The notes below the pieces were generated by a model, which was not told the origin of the DNA, made no database searches, and saw nothing but the letters and a program-made list of their open reading frames with translations. A stretch of DNA of 64,000 nucleotides from an uncultured Gammaproteobacteria bacterium (GTDB lineage Bacteria > Patescibacteriota > Patescibacteriia > UBA9934 > GWF2-40-263): positions 39,485 through 103,484 of the forward strand of contig CAZCMI010000001.1 in assembly GCA_964499955.1 (NCBI GenBank). Reading direction: 5' to 3'. Position 1 is the stretch's first letter. The number at the start of each line of letters is the position of its first letter. Of the stretch, positions 1-9,558 are shown one piece after another. Made by a program: the position numbers and the translations under genes.

Positions 1-1
1 C

Positions 2-487
2 CTGTACGACCCGCGCGTGCCCGCCCCGGCCACCTTGTTGGAATCCGGCGTCGTGCGCCTGTACGACGTTTCCATCGCCCCGTCCGCCGCCCCGTTGCCG
101 TACAACGTGCTCTATCCGGCCGGGTGGAACCCGCGCGCGCAGGACACGTCCCCGTTCGACGTCGTCTTCGCCGTCACCACGGGGGAAAGCATTTCCGTAA
201 GCGTCCTGCCGAAAGCCGCGCCGGACCAGTCCCTGGGGGATTGGGTGGCGGGGCAGGGGCTCACCGCGCGCGTCCTGCCGTTTACCACGCGCAGCGGCCT
301 GCCGGGCATTTCCACGGAAGACCAGTTAACGGCGTACGTGGATGCTGGCGATCAGGTCATCGTCCTGCGGTATGACACGGGTATCAAGGGAACCGTGGAC
401 TATCTGCAGACCTTCAAGATGATGCAGAACAGCCTGCGTCTGGCCGAGGTGCCGGCGCCGGCGTCAGCGTTGGCGGAGGACGAATAA
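2..487 (+). CDS. hypothetical protein, 5'-truncated by the window edge
   Basis: Frame is open from position 2 (LYDPRVPAP...) to TAA 487, 3 nt before ybeY; GC3-rich codons. Confidence 0.75.
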   Translation: MYDPRVPAPATLLESGVVRLYDVSIAPSAAPLPYNVLYPAGWNPRAQDTSPFDVVFAVTTGESISVSVLPKAAPDQSLGDWVAGQGLTARVLPFTTRSGLPGISTEDQLTAYVDAGDQVIVLRYDTGIKGTVDYLQTFKMMQNSLRLAEVPAPASALAEDE

Positions 488-490
488 CCT

Positions 491-952
491 ATGGCCCGCA
501 TCCTTCTCGAACTGAATCAGGCGGCGGTGCGGGGAGGGCAGCGCCTGCCGCGGGCGGAAGCGGCCCGTGCGGCGGCGGCCGTGGCGCGGGCCTTGCGCTT
601 AAAGCAGGACGCGCGCGTGTCCGTTGCCTTCGTGGGCGAGCGGGACATCCGCCGGCTCAACGCCCAGTACCGCGGCAAAGACTGCGTGACGGACGTCCTG
701 TCGTTTCCGCTGGAAGGGGAAGACGCGGAAGAGGAACCGGTCCTCGGCGAAATCCTCCTCTGCTATCCGCAGGCGCGCCGCCAGGCAGAAGAGCGGGGCC
801 ACTCCGCACGGCAGGAAACCATGTTCTTGCTCGTGCACGGCCTGCTCCACCTGTTCGGCTTCGACCACGAAACGCCCAAGGACGCCGCCCGCATGTTCCC
901 GTTGCAAACCCGCATTTTGGAAGGCCTTGGCGTGCCCGCACGCATCGAATGA
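491..952 (+). CDS. ybeY: rRNA maturation endoribonuclease YbeY
   Basis: LNAQYRGKD..TDVLSF, LGEI and HGLLHLFGFDH zinc motif. Confidence 0.95.
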   Translation: MARILLELNQAAVRGGQRLPRAEAARAAAAVARALRLKQDARVSVAFVGERDIRRLNAQYRGKDCVTDVLSFPLEGEDAEEEPVLGEILLCYPQARRQAEERGHSARQETMFLLVHGLLHLFGFDHETPKDAARMFPLQTRILEGLGVPARIE

Positions 953-1329
953 TCCCTATGATCCGACCCGACCAGCTGATCCGGAGTTTCCGCAACGCCC
1001 TGCGGGGCGTGGGCGTGGTGTTCACCCATGAACAAAGTTTTCGCCTGCAGGTGGCCGCCGGGGCCGCCGTGCTCCTGGCCGCCTGGGCGTTCCAGGTGTC
1101 CAAAACGGAGTGGATCGTCCTGATCCTGCTCATCGCCGCGGTGCTGACGCTGGAACTCATCAACAGCGTGTTCGAGCGCCTGGCGGACGCCTTCAAGCCG
1201 CGCCTGCACCCCGTAGTGCGGGACGTGAAGGACATGACGGCCGGCATGGTGCTGCTCGGCTCCGTGGCGGCGGCGGCCATCGGCGCGTTCATCTTCCTGC
1301 CCCGTATCCTGCCGCTGCTGGGTTGGTAG
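949..1329 (+). CDS. dgkA: diacylglycerol/undecaprenol kinase family protein
   Basis: SFRNALRG, ELINSVFERLAD and VKDMTAGMVL motifs; ATGA overlap with ybeY; alternative start 958. Confidence 0.9.
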   Translation: MIPMIRPDQLIRSFRNALRGVGVVFTHEQSFRLQVAAGAAVLLAAWAFQVSKTEWIVLILLIAAVLTLELINSVFERLADAFKPRLHPVVRDVKDMTAGMVLLGSVAAAAIGAFIFLPRILPLLGW

Positions 1330-1352
1330 GCCGGGCGCGTTGTGTCGGTTCA

Positions 1353-1361
1353 TGTTATACT
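1353..1361 (+). promoter_or_regulatory. extended -10 promoter upstream of ftsA
   Basis: TG-T-TATACT ending 21 nt before the ftsA ATG. Confidence 0.5.
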
Positions 1362-1382
1362 GTCCGTCAGTTTTCCCTTCCT

Positions 1383-2657
1383 ATGTCAGAGGAACTCTAC
1401 GCAGGCCTGGACATCGGTTCGTACGCCGTTCGCATTGCGGTCGGCAAGGTCGTTCCCTCGGCCGACGGCAAAGAACAATTGCATGTCGTCGGCGCGGTGG
1501 AAGTGCCTTCCGGCGGCGTTGCGAAAGGCGGCATTACGGACGTAGAAGAAGCAGTTTCTTCCGTTTCCAAGGCCTTGGAACAGGCGGAGCGGTTGACGGG
1601 CATGCCCATCAACGCCGCGTGGGTCGGTATTTCGGGCACCCAAATGTTGGCGCAGGAAAGCCGCGGCGTGGTGGGCGTCGCCCGGCCGGACGGCGAGATC
1701 CGGGAAGAGGACGTCGAACGCGCTATCGAGGCGGCGCGCACGGTGGCCACCCCGCCCAACTACGACATCGTCCACGTCATTCCCAAGAGTTTCATCGTCG
1801 ACGGCCAGCGCGGCATCAAGGATCCGGTGGGCATGCACGGCACGCGCTTGGAAGTGGACGCGCTGATCATTCTCGGCCTCGCGTCGCACCTCAAGAATCT
1901 CACCAAGTGCGTGTACCGCACGGGGTTGGATATCGAAGACCTCGTCTTTTCGATTTTAGCCACGGCGGAGGCCACGCTGACGTCCAAGCAAAAGGAGTTG
2001 GGCGTGTGTTTGGTCAACCTCGGTTCCACCACCACCAGCGTCGCCGTGTTTGAAGAAGGCGACATCCTGCACACGGCCGTTCTGCCCGTGGGCAGCGACC
2101 ACGTCACCCGGGATTTGGCCATGGGATTGCGCACGTCCATGGACGCGGCCGAACAGGTGAAGATCCGCTACGCCACCTGCCTGCCGGAAACGGTGGGGAA
2201 GAAAGAACACATCGACTTGGCCGAATTCGGCATCGAGGGGGCGGAGCCGGTGGACCGTGCCTTCGTGGCCGAAATCACCCAGGCCCGCATGCAGGAGATT
2301 TTCGAGAAAGTGGACGCCGAACTGCGGAAGGTGGAACGGTCCGGCCTGCTGCCCGCCGGCATCATCCTGACGGGCGGGGGCGTGCACGTGGACGGATGCG
2401 TGGAGGCCGCCAAGGACATCCTGCGCCTGCCTGCCGGCATCGGCGCGCCGCTGGGCGTCAGTTCGGTCATCGACCGGGCGCACGACCCCGCGTTGTCCAC
2501 GGCCGTCGGCTTGGTGCTGTGGGGCCGCCACATTCGCGGCACGGCGCCGGGGAAGGGCGTGGCCGGAGCCGTCTTCGGAAAGATCAAAGGGTTAAGCGGC
2601 GTGGCGGGGACGTTCGCCAAGGGGATGAAGAAAGTTTTTTCCTCGTTCAAAACATAG
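1383..2657 (+). CDS. ftsA: cell division protein FtsA
   Basis: AGLDIGS, GIKDPVGMHGTRLEV, IILTGGG and STAVGL motifs; C-terminal amphipathic helix; precedes ftsZ. Confidence 0.96.
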   Translation: MSEELYAGLDIGSYAVRIAVGKVVPSADGKEQLHVVGAVEVPSGGVAKGGITDVEEAVSSVSKALEQAERLTGMPINAAWVGISGTQMLAQESRGVVGVARPDGEIREEDVERAIEAARTVATPPNYDIVHVIPKSFIVDGQRGIKDPVGMHGTRLEVDALIILGLASHLKNLTKCVYRTGLDIEDLVFSILATAEATLTSKQKELGVCLVNLGSTTTSVAVFEEGDILHTAVLPVGSDHVTRDLAMGLRTSMDAAEQVKIRYATCLPETVGKKEHIDLAEFGIEGAEPVDRAFVAEITQARMQEIFEKVDAELRKVERSGLLPAGIILTGGGVHVDGCVEAAKDILRLPAGIGAPLGVSSVIDRAHDPALSTAVGLVLWGRHIRGTAPGKGVAGAVFGKIKGLSGVAGTFAKGMKKVFSSFKT

Positions 2658-2678
2658 GGTGTGCGCCTTGACGTTTTC

Positions 2679-2707
2679 TTGACAGCGCCCGGTGCGGCCA
2701 CTACAGT
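2679..2707 (+). promoter_or_regulatory. sigma70-type promoter of ftsZ
   Basis: TTGACA-N17-TACAGT. Confidence 0.65.
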
Positions 2708-2774
2708 TGATGAAGAAAATTTTTGCTGAGCCAAGCGGTGTTCGAATACATAAATTGCTCAGTTTCCCCTGCAT

Positions 2775-4097
2775 ATGGGTGAGGTCAAACCCGGAATCGA
2801 GACGTTTGCCAAAATCAAGGTTGTTGGTTTGGGAGGAGGCGGCGGCTCGGCGGTCAACCGGATGATCAGCGACAATATCAAGGGGGTGGATTTCATCGTC
2901 GTGAACACGGATATTCAGGCGTTGAATCAGAATTTGGCTCCCACCAAAATCGCCATCGGCAAGACGGTTACCCGCGGCCTGGGCGCCGGCATGAACCCGG
3001 AGATCGGCGCGCGCGCCGCGGAGGAAAACCAAAACGAAATCCGCAACGCACTCAACGGCGCGGACATGGTCTTCCTCACCTGCGGGTTGGGCGGAGGTAC
3101 GGGCACGGGTTCCATTCCGGAAGTGGCCAAGGTCGCCAAGGAACTGGGCGCGCTCACCGTGGCCGTGGTCACCAAGCCGTTCTCGTTCGAAGGCGCGCAG
3201 CGCCGCCGCATCGGGGACGAGGGCTTCGACAAACTCAGCCAGTACGTGGATTCGGTCATCACGATTCCGAACGACCGGGTGCTGCAGATCATCGACAAGA
3301 AAACGTCCCTGGTGGAAGCGTTCCGCATCGTGGACGACGTCCTGCGGCAGGGGGTGCAGGGCATCGCTGAAATCATCACGGTGCCGTCGCTCATCAACGT
3401 GGACTTCGCCGACGTCCGCGCCATCATGGCGAACTCCGGGTCCGCGCTGATGGGTATCGGCAAGGCCTCCGGCGAAAACCGTGCCGTGGACGCCGCCAAG
3501 CAGGCCATCGCCTCGCCGCTGCTGGAACTGTCCATCGACGGCGCCAAGGGCATTCTCTTCACCATCACCGGCGGCAGCAGCCTGGGCATGCACGAAGTGT
3601 CCGAGGCCGCCAAGATCATCACCAGTTCGGCCGACGAAGACGCCAAGGTCATCTTCGGCGCCAACATCGACGAAGACCTGAAGGACGAATTGCGCATCAC
3701 GGTGGTGGCCACGGGCTTCGACAGCCGCGACCGCCGCATGTCCGCGCCGGGCGTGGTGGAATTGCCCGCCCAGGGCACGTGGGCCCCGTCGGCGTCCTCC
3801 TCGCCGTTCCTGCGCCCGCGCGAGGACGACAACCGGCCCACCGCGCGGAAAATCCCGTACCAACCGCCGTCCACGCCGCCGCGCGTGCCGCCGGAGGATT
3901 CCTACGCGCCGCCTGCCGCGCCCACGGCCCAGCCGCGCCCCCGGCTCATGCCCGAGGTGCGTCCGGAACCGTCGCAGCCGCAGCCGCCCGCTTCCCGGCC
4001 GACGGTCATGCGCCAGGCTCCGCCGGCGCCCTCCGCGCCCGCGTCGGAAGACGACGACATCGAGATCCCGGCCTTCATCCGCAAGAAGATGATGTAG
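2775..4097 (+). CDS. ftsZ: cell division protein FtsZ
   Basis: KIKVVGLGGGG, GLGGGTGTG tubulin signature, NVDFADV, Pro-rich linker and EIPAFIRKK tail. Confidence 0.99.
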   Translation: MGEVKPGIETFAKIKVVGLGGGGGSAVNRMISDNIKGVDFIVVNTDIQALNQNLAPTKIAIGKTVTRGLGAGMNPEIGARAAEENQNEIRNALNGADMVFLTCGLGGGTGTGSIPEVAKVAKELGALTVAVVTKPFSFEGAQRRRIGDEGFDKLSQYVDSVITIPNDRVLQIIDKKTSLVEAFRIVDDVLRQGVQGIAEIITVPSLINVDFADVRAIMANSGSALMGIGKASGENRAVDAAKQAIASPLLELSIDGAKGILFTITGGSSLGMHEVSEAAKIITSSADEDAKVIFGANIDEDLKDELRITVVATGFDSRDRRMSAPGVVELPAQGTWAPSASSSPFLRPREDDNRPTARKIPYQPPSTPPRVPPEDSYAPPAAPTAQPRPRLMPEVRPEPSQPQPPASRPTVMRQAPPAPSAPASEDDDIEIPAFIRKKMM

Positions 4098-4120
4098 CGG
4101 GGTGGATACGACATGCAGAC

Positions 4121-4152
4121 GCCGCGCCCTCACGGGCGCGGTTTTGTTTTTT
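4121..4152 (+). terminator. intrinsic terminator after ftsZ
   Basis: GCCGCGCCC-tcac-GGGCGCGGT followed by a T tract. Confidence 0.8.
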
Positions 4153-4184
4153 GCGATATACTGCACGGGAAAATCGCGCGACCT

Positions 4185-5357
4185 ATGCCCACGTCTCCCT
4201 CTCCCGTTCCTCCGAAGAAACCCATGAACGCGGAAACGGTCTTGGTGGCAGCCATGGCGTTTTCCGCCTTGATCGGCGCCACGGCCGGCACCGTCGCTTC
4301 CGCCCTGGTGCTTGGCGCCTCGTCCGCCGGCGACCGGTTCGTCGCGGGCATTTCGTCTTCCGGCCGCGCCTTTTTGACGGCAGGTTCCGTGACGGCCGAA
4401 GAAGAAGCCACCTTGGCGGCGGTGGACGCCGTGCAGCGCGCCGTCGTGAGCATTTCGGTCAAGCGCCCGCGCCGCGACGCGCCGGACCAGTTCGTGGACG
4501 TCGGTGGCGGCACCGGCTTCTTCGTCACGCCGCGCGGCCACATCGTCACCAACCGGCACGTCATTTCCGATCCGCTCGCCGTCTACACCGTCCTGACCGA
4601 CGACGGCGCGGAACTGCCGGTGGAGATCCTCGCCACCGATCCGTTCCTGGATATCGCCATCCTGCAGGTGGAAGGGGACGGGTACCCGACGGCCGTCCTG
4701 GGCGATTCCGAAGGCGTACGTATCGGCCAAACCGTACTGGCCGTGGGGAACACCCTTTCTTCGTTCCACAATACCGTCACGAAAGGCATTGTTTCTGGCC
4801 TGGACCGCCGCGTAACGGGCAGCCGGCTGGCAGGCGACATCATCGAACAGGCCATCCAAACGGACGCGGCCATCAACCCCGGTAATTCCGGCGGGCCGTT
4901 GGTGAACCTGCTGGGAGAAGTGATCGGCGTGAACACGGCCATCAGTTTCGACGGACAGTCCGTGGGCTTCGCCATTCCCATCAACGAGATCAAGCGCGCC
5001 GTTACCGACGTGGAGCAATACGGCCGCATCGTGCGCCCGTGGATGGGCGTGCGCTACGTCATGCTGGATCCCGAGCTGGCCCGCGCCGAGGGGCTTTCCG
5101 TCACGCACGGGGCGCTAGTCGGCACCACGCAACCGGGCGCGCCGTCGGCCGTTACGCCCGATAGTCCGGCGGCCGCGGCCGGGTTGCGCGACGGGGACAT
5201 CATCACGGCGGTGAACGGGCAGACGCTCGGGGACGGCCGGTCCTTGGGCCGCGCCATTTCCGTGTTCGCCCCCGGCGACGTTGTGACGCTTTCCGTGGCG
5301 CGCGGGGAAGAGGAGATAGAATTGCACGTCACGCTCGGTGAGTTTCCCGCGGAATAA
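4185..5357 (+). CDS. htrA: HtrA/DegP-family trypsin-like serine protease with PDZ domain
   Basis: N-terminal TM; GTGFFV, TNRHV, DIAIL and QTDAAINPGNSGGPL (intact triad); C-terminal PDZ. Confidence 0.93.
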   Translation: MPTSPSPVPPKKPMNAETVLVAAMAFSALIGATAGTVASALVLGASSAGDRFVAGISSSGRAFLTAGSVTAEEEATLAAVDAVQRAVVSISVKRPRRDAPDQFVDVGGGTGFFVTPRGHIVTNRHVISDPLAVYTVLTDDGAELPVEILATDPFLDIAILQVEGDGYPTAVLGDSEGVRIGQTVLAVGNTLSSFHNTVTKGIVSGLDRRVTGSRLAGDIIEQAIQTDAAINPGNSGGPLVNLLGEVIGVNTAISFDGQSVGFAIPINEIKRAVTDVEQYGRIVRPWMGVRYVMLDPELARAEGLSVTHGALVGTTQPGAPSAVTPDSPAAAAGLRDGDIITAVNGQTLGDGRSLGRAISVFAPGDVVTLSVARGEEEIELHVTLGEFPAE

Positions 5358-5376
5358 TTGAGCGGCTTCTTTCCCT

Positions 5377-6792
5377 ATGTCCTCCGCCAAGCGCACGAAA
5401 ATCGTCTGCACCATCGGCCCGGCCAGCCGCAAGCCCGACGTGTTGTTCGCCTTGGTGCGCGCGGGCATGAACGTGGCGCGGTTGAATTTCTCGCACGGCA
5501 CGCGCGCGGACCACGCGTTGTTGTACCGGGGCGTTCGTGCCGCGGCGCGCCGGGCGGGGGAACCCGTGGCCGTGCTGGCGGATTTGCAGGGGCCGAAAAT
5601 CCGTCTGGGCGAATTGCCGGACACGGGCGTGGGGGTCAAAACGGGGGAAACAGTCACGTTCACCACGGCGCCGGGCGCGTTCCACAACGGCGCCATTCCG
5701 GTCGCGTACGCAAACCTGCACAAGGACGTAAAGCCCGGACACCGCATGTTGATTGAAGACGGGTTGTACGAGGCCGAGGTGCTGGCGGTGAAGGGAAGGC
5801 AGATCCGCGCGAAGATGAAAAACGGCGGACGGCTGCTTTCCCACAAGGGCCTGAACTTTCCGGACTCGACCTTGCGCGTGCCCGCGCTGACGGCCAAGGA
5901 CCGCGTGGACGCCGCCTTCGCCGCCAAGATGGGCGCGGACTGGGTGGCGCTGTCCTTCGTGACGTCGGCCGCGGACGTGCGGGCGCTCAAGCGCGTGTTG
6001 GCCAAGGCCGTGCCGCGCGGCACGCACGCTCCGCGCGTGATGGTCAAAATCGAAAAGCACGAGGCCGTGGACCGGTTCGAGGAAATTTTGGAAGCCGCCG
6101 ACGGGGTGATGGTGGCCCGCGGCGACTTGGGCGTGGAGATTCCGCCCGAGGACGTGCCGATCCGCCAGAAAGCCATGATCGAATTGTGCCGACTGGCCGG
6201 CAAGCCGGTGGTGGTCGCCACGCAGATGTTGGATTCGATGATCCGCAACCCGCGCCCCACCCGCGCGGAAGTGTCCGACGTGGCCAACGCGGTCTTCGAC
6301 CATGCGGACGCCACCATGCTGTCCGGGGAAACCGCCACGGGTGCGTATCCCGTGGAAGCCGTTTCCATCATGGCGCGCATCATCCGCGAGGCCGAGGCTT
6401 CGCCCTACGACGACCTGCCCGCGCCCCCGCCCGCGTTGCCGGACGAACGGGCGGAGGTGGGCGCGGCGCGCGCCTTGCGCCAAATGGCCGCCGACGGGCA
6501 CATCGACGGCGTGTTGGCCACCCTGGCCCTGGCACCCTGGTCCGAGACCCTGCACCGCTTCCATCCGGAGGTGCCGTTGTTCCTGGCCGCGCCGGATGCC
6601 GCCGTCGTGCGGCAGAACAACGTGCGCTGGGGCGTGTCGCCGTTCCTGTTGAAAACCGCCGATCCCAAAACCTTCGTCCGCCGGGCCGTGGCCGCGTTGC
6701 GCAAGGCGGGGAAGGTGAAGGCCGGTATGCGCCTGGCCGCCGTGCTCGGCGCGGAACATGGCAAAGGGTTCGACTTGGTGGAGGTGAAATAA
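5377..6792 (+). CDS. pyk: pyruvate kinase
   Basis: [41 protein letters not shown] and MLSGETA motifs. Confidence 0.98.
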   Translation: MSSAKRTKIVCTIGPASRKPDVLFALVRAGMNVARLNFSHGTRADHALLYRGVRAAARRAGEPVAVLADLQGPKIRLGELPDTGVGVKTGETVTFTTAPGAFHNGAIPVAYANLHKDVKPGHRMLIEDGLYEAEVLAVKGRQIRAKMKNGGRLLSHKGLNFPDSTLRVPALTAKDRVDAAFAAKMGADWVALSFVTSAADVRALKRVLAKAVPRGTHAPRVMVKIEKHEAVDRFEEILEAADGVMVARGDLGVEIPPEDVPIRQKAMIELCRLAGKPVVVATQMLDSMIRNPRPTRAEVSDVANAVFDHADATMLSGETATGAYPVEAVSIMARIIREAEASPYDDLPAPPPALPDERAEVGAARALRQMAADGHIDGVLATLALAPWSETLHRFHPEVPLFLAAPDAAVVRQNNVRWGVSPFLLKTADPKTFVRRAVAALRKAGKVKAGMRLAAVLGAEHGKGFDLVEVK

Positions 6793-6808
6793 TCCGGCCG
6801 CGCATAAA

Positions 6809-6838
6809 GAAAATCCCCGATTGAGGTCGGGGATTTTC
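6809..6838. terminator. bidirectional terminator between pyk and tRNA-Asp
   Basis: GAAAATCCCCGA-ttgagg-TCGGGGATTTTC inverted repeat. Confidence 0.8.
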
Positions 6839-6916
6839 TGGCGGACCGGACGGGATTCGAACCCGCGATCTTCTCCGTGACAGGGAGACGTGTTAACCGG
6901 GCTACACCACCGGTCC
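6839..6916 (-). tRNA. tRNA-Asp (GTC)
   Basis: Reverse complement GGACCGG...TCTCC-CTGTCAC-GGAGA...GGTTCGAATCC...CCGGTCC-G-CCA folds as a cloverleaf with encoded CCA. Confidence 0.97.
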
Positions 6917-6935
6917 GCGATGAATTGGTGGGCAG

Positions 6936-6964
6936 ATAGTAGCATGGGCCGCCGCGGCTGACAA
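6936..6964 (-). promoter_or_regulatory. promoter of tRNA-Asp
   Basis: TTGTCA-N17-TACTAT on the minus strand, with TG at the extended -10 position. Confidence 0.6.
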
Positions 6965-6980
6965 GGGTGCGGGTGGGGAC

Positions 6981-7010
6981 AAAAATCCCGCCCTTGCGGG
7001 GCGGGATTTC
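6981..7010 (-). terminator. intrinsic terminator after rplT
   Basis: AAATCCCGCCC...GGGCGGGATTT hairpin with a T tract on the minus strand. Confidence 0.75.
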
Positions 7011-7012
7011 CG

Positions 7013-7363
7013 TTACTTGGAAGCGACCTTGGAGAGGACGGCTTCGAAGACGGCGGGGTGGTCCTTCGCGAGGAAGGAGAGCACTTTGCGGTCCAGCGCG
7101 ACGTTCTTTTCCTTCAGGGCCGCGATGAAGCGGCTGTAGGAAATGCCGGCGGGGCGGACGGCCGCGTTGATGCGGACGGTCCACAGCTGGCGCATGGTGC
7201 GCTTTTTGCGGCGGCGGTCGATGTAGGCGTTCTTGCCGGCCTTCAGGGCGGCGGTGCGGGCAAGTTTGATCTTGGACTTGCGGCCCCACATCATCCCCTT
7301 GGTTTTCTTCAGCAGGTTGCGGCGGCGCTTGACGTGCTGTGTGCCGCGTTTCACGCGAGGCAT
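7013..7363 (-). CDS. rplT: 50S ribosomal protein L20
   Basis: MPRVKRG, AYIDRRRKKR..RQLW..RINAA and LDRKVLS motifs. Confidence 0.98.
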   Translation of the reverse strand: MPRVKRGTQHVKRRRNLLKKTKGMMWGRKSKIKLARTAALKAGKNAYIDRRRKKRTMRQLWTVRINAAVRPAGISYSRFIAALKEKNVALDRKVLSFLAKDHPAVFEAVLSKVASK

Positions 7364-7390
7364 AGAGGAGGTTCGGAAACGGGGGATGAA

Positions 7391-7582
7391 TTAGACGGGG
7401 AGCAGCGTATCCACGGCCTTTTGGTAGGCGGCGGAGAGGCCCTGGTCCCGGCGCTTCTTGCGGGTGATCTTGCCGGCGGCGCGGGAGTTGAAATGGGCCT
7501 GGCCGGCGCGGCGCTTCATGACCTTGCCGGTTTTCGTCACGCGTACGCGCTTGGAAAAGGCCTTGTGGGTCTTCAATTTCAT
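7391..7582 (-). CDS. rpmI: 50S ribosomal protein L35
   Basis: MKLKTHKAFSKRVRVTKTGK; infC-rpmI-rplT synteny. Confidence 0.95.
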   Translation of the reverse strand: MKLKTHKAFSKRVRVTKTGKVMKRRAGQAHFNSRAAGKITRKKRRDQGLSAAYQKAVDTLLPV

Positions 7583-7609
7583 ACGGGTTCTTTAGGAAGG
7601 AATGCCGGG

Positions 7610-7638
7610 AGTGTATCGGAGCCGCCCCGGGCTGTCAA
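7610..7638 (-). promoter_or_regulatory. internal promoter for rpmI-rplT
   Basis: TTGACA-N17-TACACT on the minus strand. Confidence 0.65.
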
Positions 7639-7663
7639 GGGAAAACCGTGTGGCCGGCGGGGC

Positions 7664-8215
7664 TTATTCCCGGGCCAAAATCGCCGTCATCCGGCCGTTT
7701 TGGTAGGTCACGGCCTGTTCGATACGCAGGGGATAATCCGCCCGCAGGGTTTCGATGAAGGTGTTGATGACCTCCTTGGCGCCGTCGCGGAAGGCCTTTT
7801 CCCGCCCGCGCAGGGGAAGTTCCAGCTTGACCTTGTCTCCGCGTTCGAAGAACTTCTTGGCCTGCTGATGGCGGGTTTCCAAGTCCCCCTGGCCGATGCG
7901 CAGGGAAAGGCGGATGCCCTTGATTTCCACTTCCGCCGACTGGGCCTTTTGTTTGCGGACCTCTTTTTCCTTTTGGTACTTGAACTGGCCGAAGTCCAGG
8001 ATCCGGCACACGGGCGGGTCGGCCTTGGGGTTTACTTCCACCAGGTCCAGGCCCTTTTCCCGGGCGATCTCGATGGCCTTCGACGTGGGGAGCACGCCGA
8101 GCATTTCGTCCTTGTCGTCGATGACGCGGACTTCCGGAACGGTGATTTTCTCGTTCGCGTTAAAGACGGGAACGTCGAGCTTGGGTTTTTGATAGCGGTG
8201 GCGGTGAATGCGCAT
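7664..8215 (-). CDS. infC: translation initiation factor IF-3
   Basis: NEKITVPEVRVID, GLDLVEV, PPVCRILDFGQFKY and GDKVK..L.LRGRE motifs; ATG at 8215. Confidence 0.96.
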   Translation of the reverse strand: MRIHRHRYQKPKLDVPVFNANEKITVPEVRVIDDKDEMLGVLPTSKAIEIAREKGLDLVEVNPKADPPVCRILDFGQFKYQKEKEVRKQKAQSAEVEIKGIRLSLRIGQGDLETRHQQAKKFFERGDKVKLELPLRGREKAFRDGAKEVINTFIETLRADYPLRIEQAVTYQNGRMTAILARE

Positions 8216-8303
8216 AGGGAAAACTGTGGGGAGGATAGCGGAAAACCGGGCGGAAGGCAAGGGAGTGGCACGGGTGAACGTTTCCGCGTACACTTCATCG
8301 CAT

Positions 8304-8612
8304 ATGCATCCCGAATCGGCATCGAAGGGCGTTCCCGCGTTGGAAGAAGAATACCGGCAGGCGCGGCGGCAGGCGCTGCGGTATCTGCGCAACGGCCTGT
8401 TGTTCCTGACCGTGTGTTTCGCCATTGGCGAGGCGCTGCAGTACGTGGAGGTTCCCTTTAAGCGGTTGTTGGTGGAAGGGGCGTCCATTGCGGGTTGGGT
8501 CGCGCTGTGGCGGCCGATGGAAATGTTCCTGTACGACCTGCCGGACCTGCGCAAGCGCAAGCGCGCGGCCCGCCGCGACGCGCAGGCGGTTGCGGAACCA
8601 GGTGCCGCGTAG
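8304..8612 (+). CDS. small two-TM membrane protein (EG..I.GWVALWRP.E.FLYD type)
   Basis: Two hydrophobic segments; TACACT just upstream; followed by a hairpin shared with ssrA. Confidence 0.7.
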   Translation: MHPESASKGVPALEEEYRQARRQALRYLRNGLLFLTVCFAIGEALQYVEVPFKRLLVEGASIAGWVALWRPMEMFLYDLPDLRKRKRAARRDAQAVAEPGAA

Positions 8613-8616
8613 AACG

Positions 8617-8677
8617 AAAAATCCCCCGCGCATCCGACCCAGCCGTGAGGCAGGGGCGCATGCCAGGGGATTTTTTC
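8617..8677. terminator. bidirectional hairpin terminator between the small ORF and ssrA
   Basis: AAAAATCCCC...GGGGATTTTTT flanking an extended stem. Confidence 0.6.
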
Positions 8678-8678
8678 T

Positions 8679-9117
8679 TGGTGGAGCTGGGGGGAGTTGA
8701 ACCCCCGTCCGACGGCCCTTCCCAAACGGTTCTCCAAGCTCAGTCCCGCCTGATACCTGACGTCGGTGAAGACGGGACCAAACCCGCCGCCAGGTGTTGA
8801 CCGCCAAGGTCGTTCCGCGCGATCAACGGTTCGCGGAACCTAGCCGGAAATATATGGCGCCCGACCCTCCCGTATCCGGCGGCGGGAGGCGGACGGGTGG
8901 TCCTGCGATGAGGACACCGAACCGGCGATGCCGGACGGTCCGCCCTTAGGCGGCGACCAATGCGAGGTTGGAAACGCGCGGCGCCGAAGCGATCGCGTTC
9001 TTGACCTTCGAGAAGACGTTGGCAGTTGGGTTCTCTGCGCCAAGGATTTGCGAGGACTGGCGCGCCCTCGGCTTGCTGCGTTGGGTTGAAACCGGCGTCA
9101 AAGCCAGGGACAGCCCC
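8679..9117 (-). ncRNA. ssrA: tmRNA (one-piece, 439 nt); tag ORF 9023-8946 encodes ANVFSKVKNAIASAPRVSNLALVAA*
   Basis: 5' GGGGCTG pairs with 3' CAGCTCC-ACCA (G3-U Ala identity pair); T-arm GGGGGTTCAACTCCCCC; pk1 CGAGG/CCTCG plus GCGCCA/TGGCGC; AACT-GCC resume context; adjacent to smpB. Confidence 0.95.
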
Positions 9118-9558
9118 TTATGTGTGTTCCCGGTCTTCCCGGGCGGCCTGGCGGCGCTTGATCGTTTCGCGCTTTTCGTACGCCCGTTTGCCGCGGGCCA
9201 GCGCGAAGGACAGCTTCACCAAACCGCGCTGAACATACAACGAAATCGGCACCAATGTCAATCCGGTACCGTGCGTTTTTCCCAGCAGCCGGTCGAGTTC
9301 CCGGCGCGTCACCAGCACCTTGCGGAGGCGCTGCGGCTGGTAGTCGGGCTGCGGACCCGCCGGGGCGTAGCGGGCGATCTGCGCGTTGTTCAACCACAGC
9401 TCCCCGCCGCGCACGAACAGGAACGCCCCGTTGAGCTGCGCGCGTCCCGCCTTGGCCGCCTTCACCTCGGGGCCGGTCAGCACCAACCCGCCTTCGAATT
9501 TCTCGAGGAATTCGTAGTCGTGGCGGGCGCGGCGGTTTTCGGCGAGGGGTTTTCCCAT
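9118..9558 (-). CDS. smpB: SsrA-binding protein SmpB
   Basis: LAENRRARHDYEFLEKFEGGLVLTGPEVK, R.RKVLV, LTLVPISLY and ARGKRAYEKRETIK motifs. Confidence 0.97.
   Translation of the reverse strand: MGKPLAENRRARHDYEFLEKFEGGLVLTGPEVKAAKAGRAQLNGAFLFVRGGELWLNNAQIARYAPAGPQPDYQPQRLRKVLVTRRELDRLLGKTHGTGLTLVPISLYVQRGLVKLSFALARGKRAYEKRETIKRRQAAREDREHT

Noticed and set aside
8304-8700. Integrative element at the tmRNA 3' end (or at tRNA-Asp)
   Set aside because: No duplicated 3' fragment (att site) or integrase; only one small membrane gene is present
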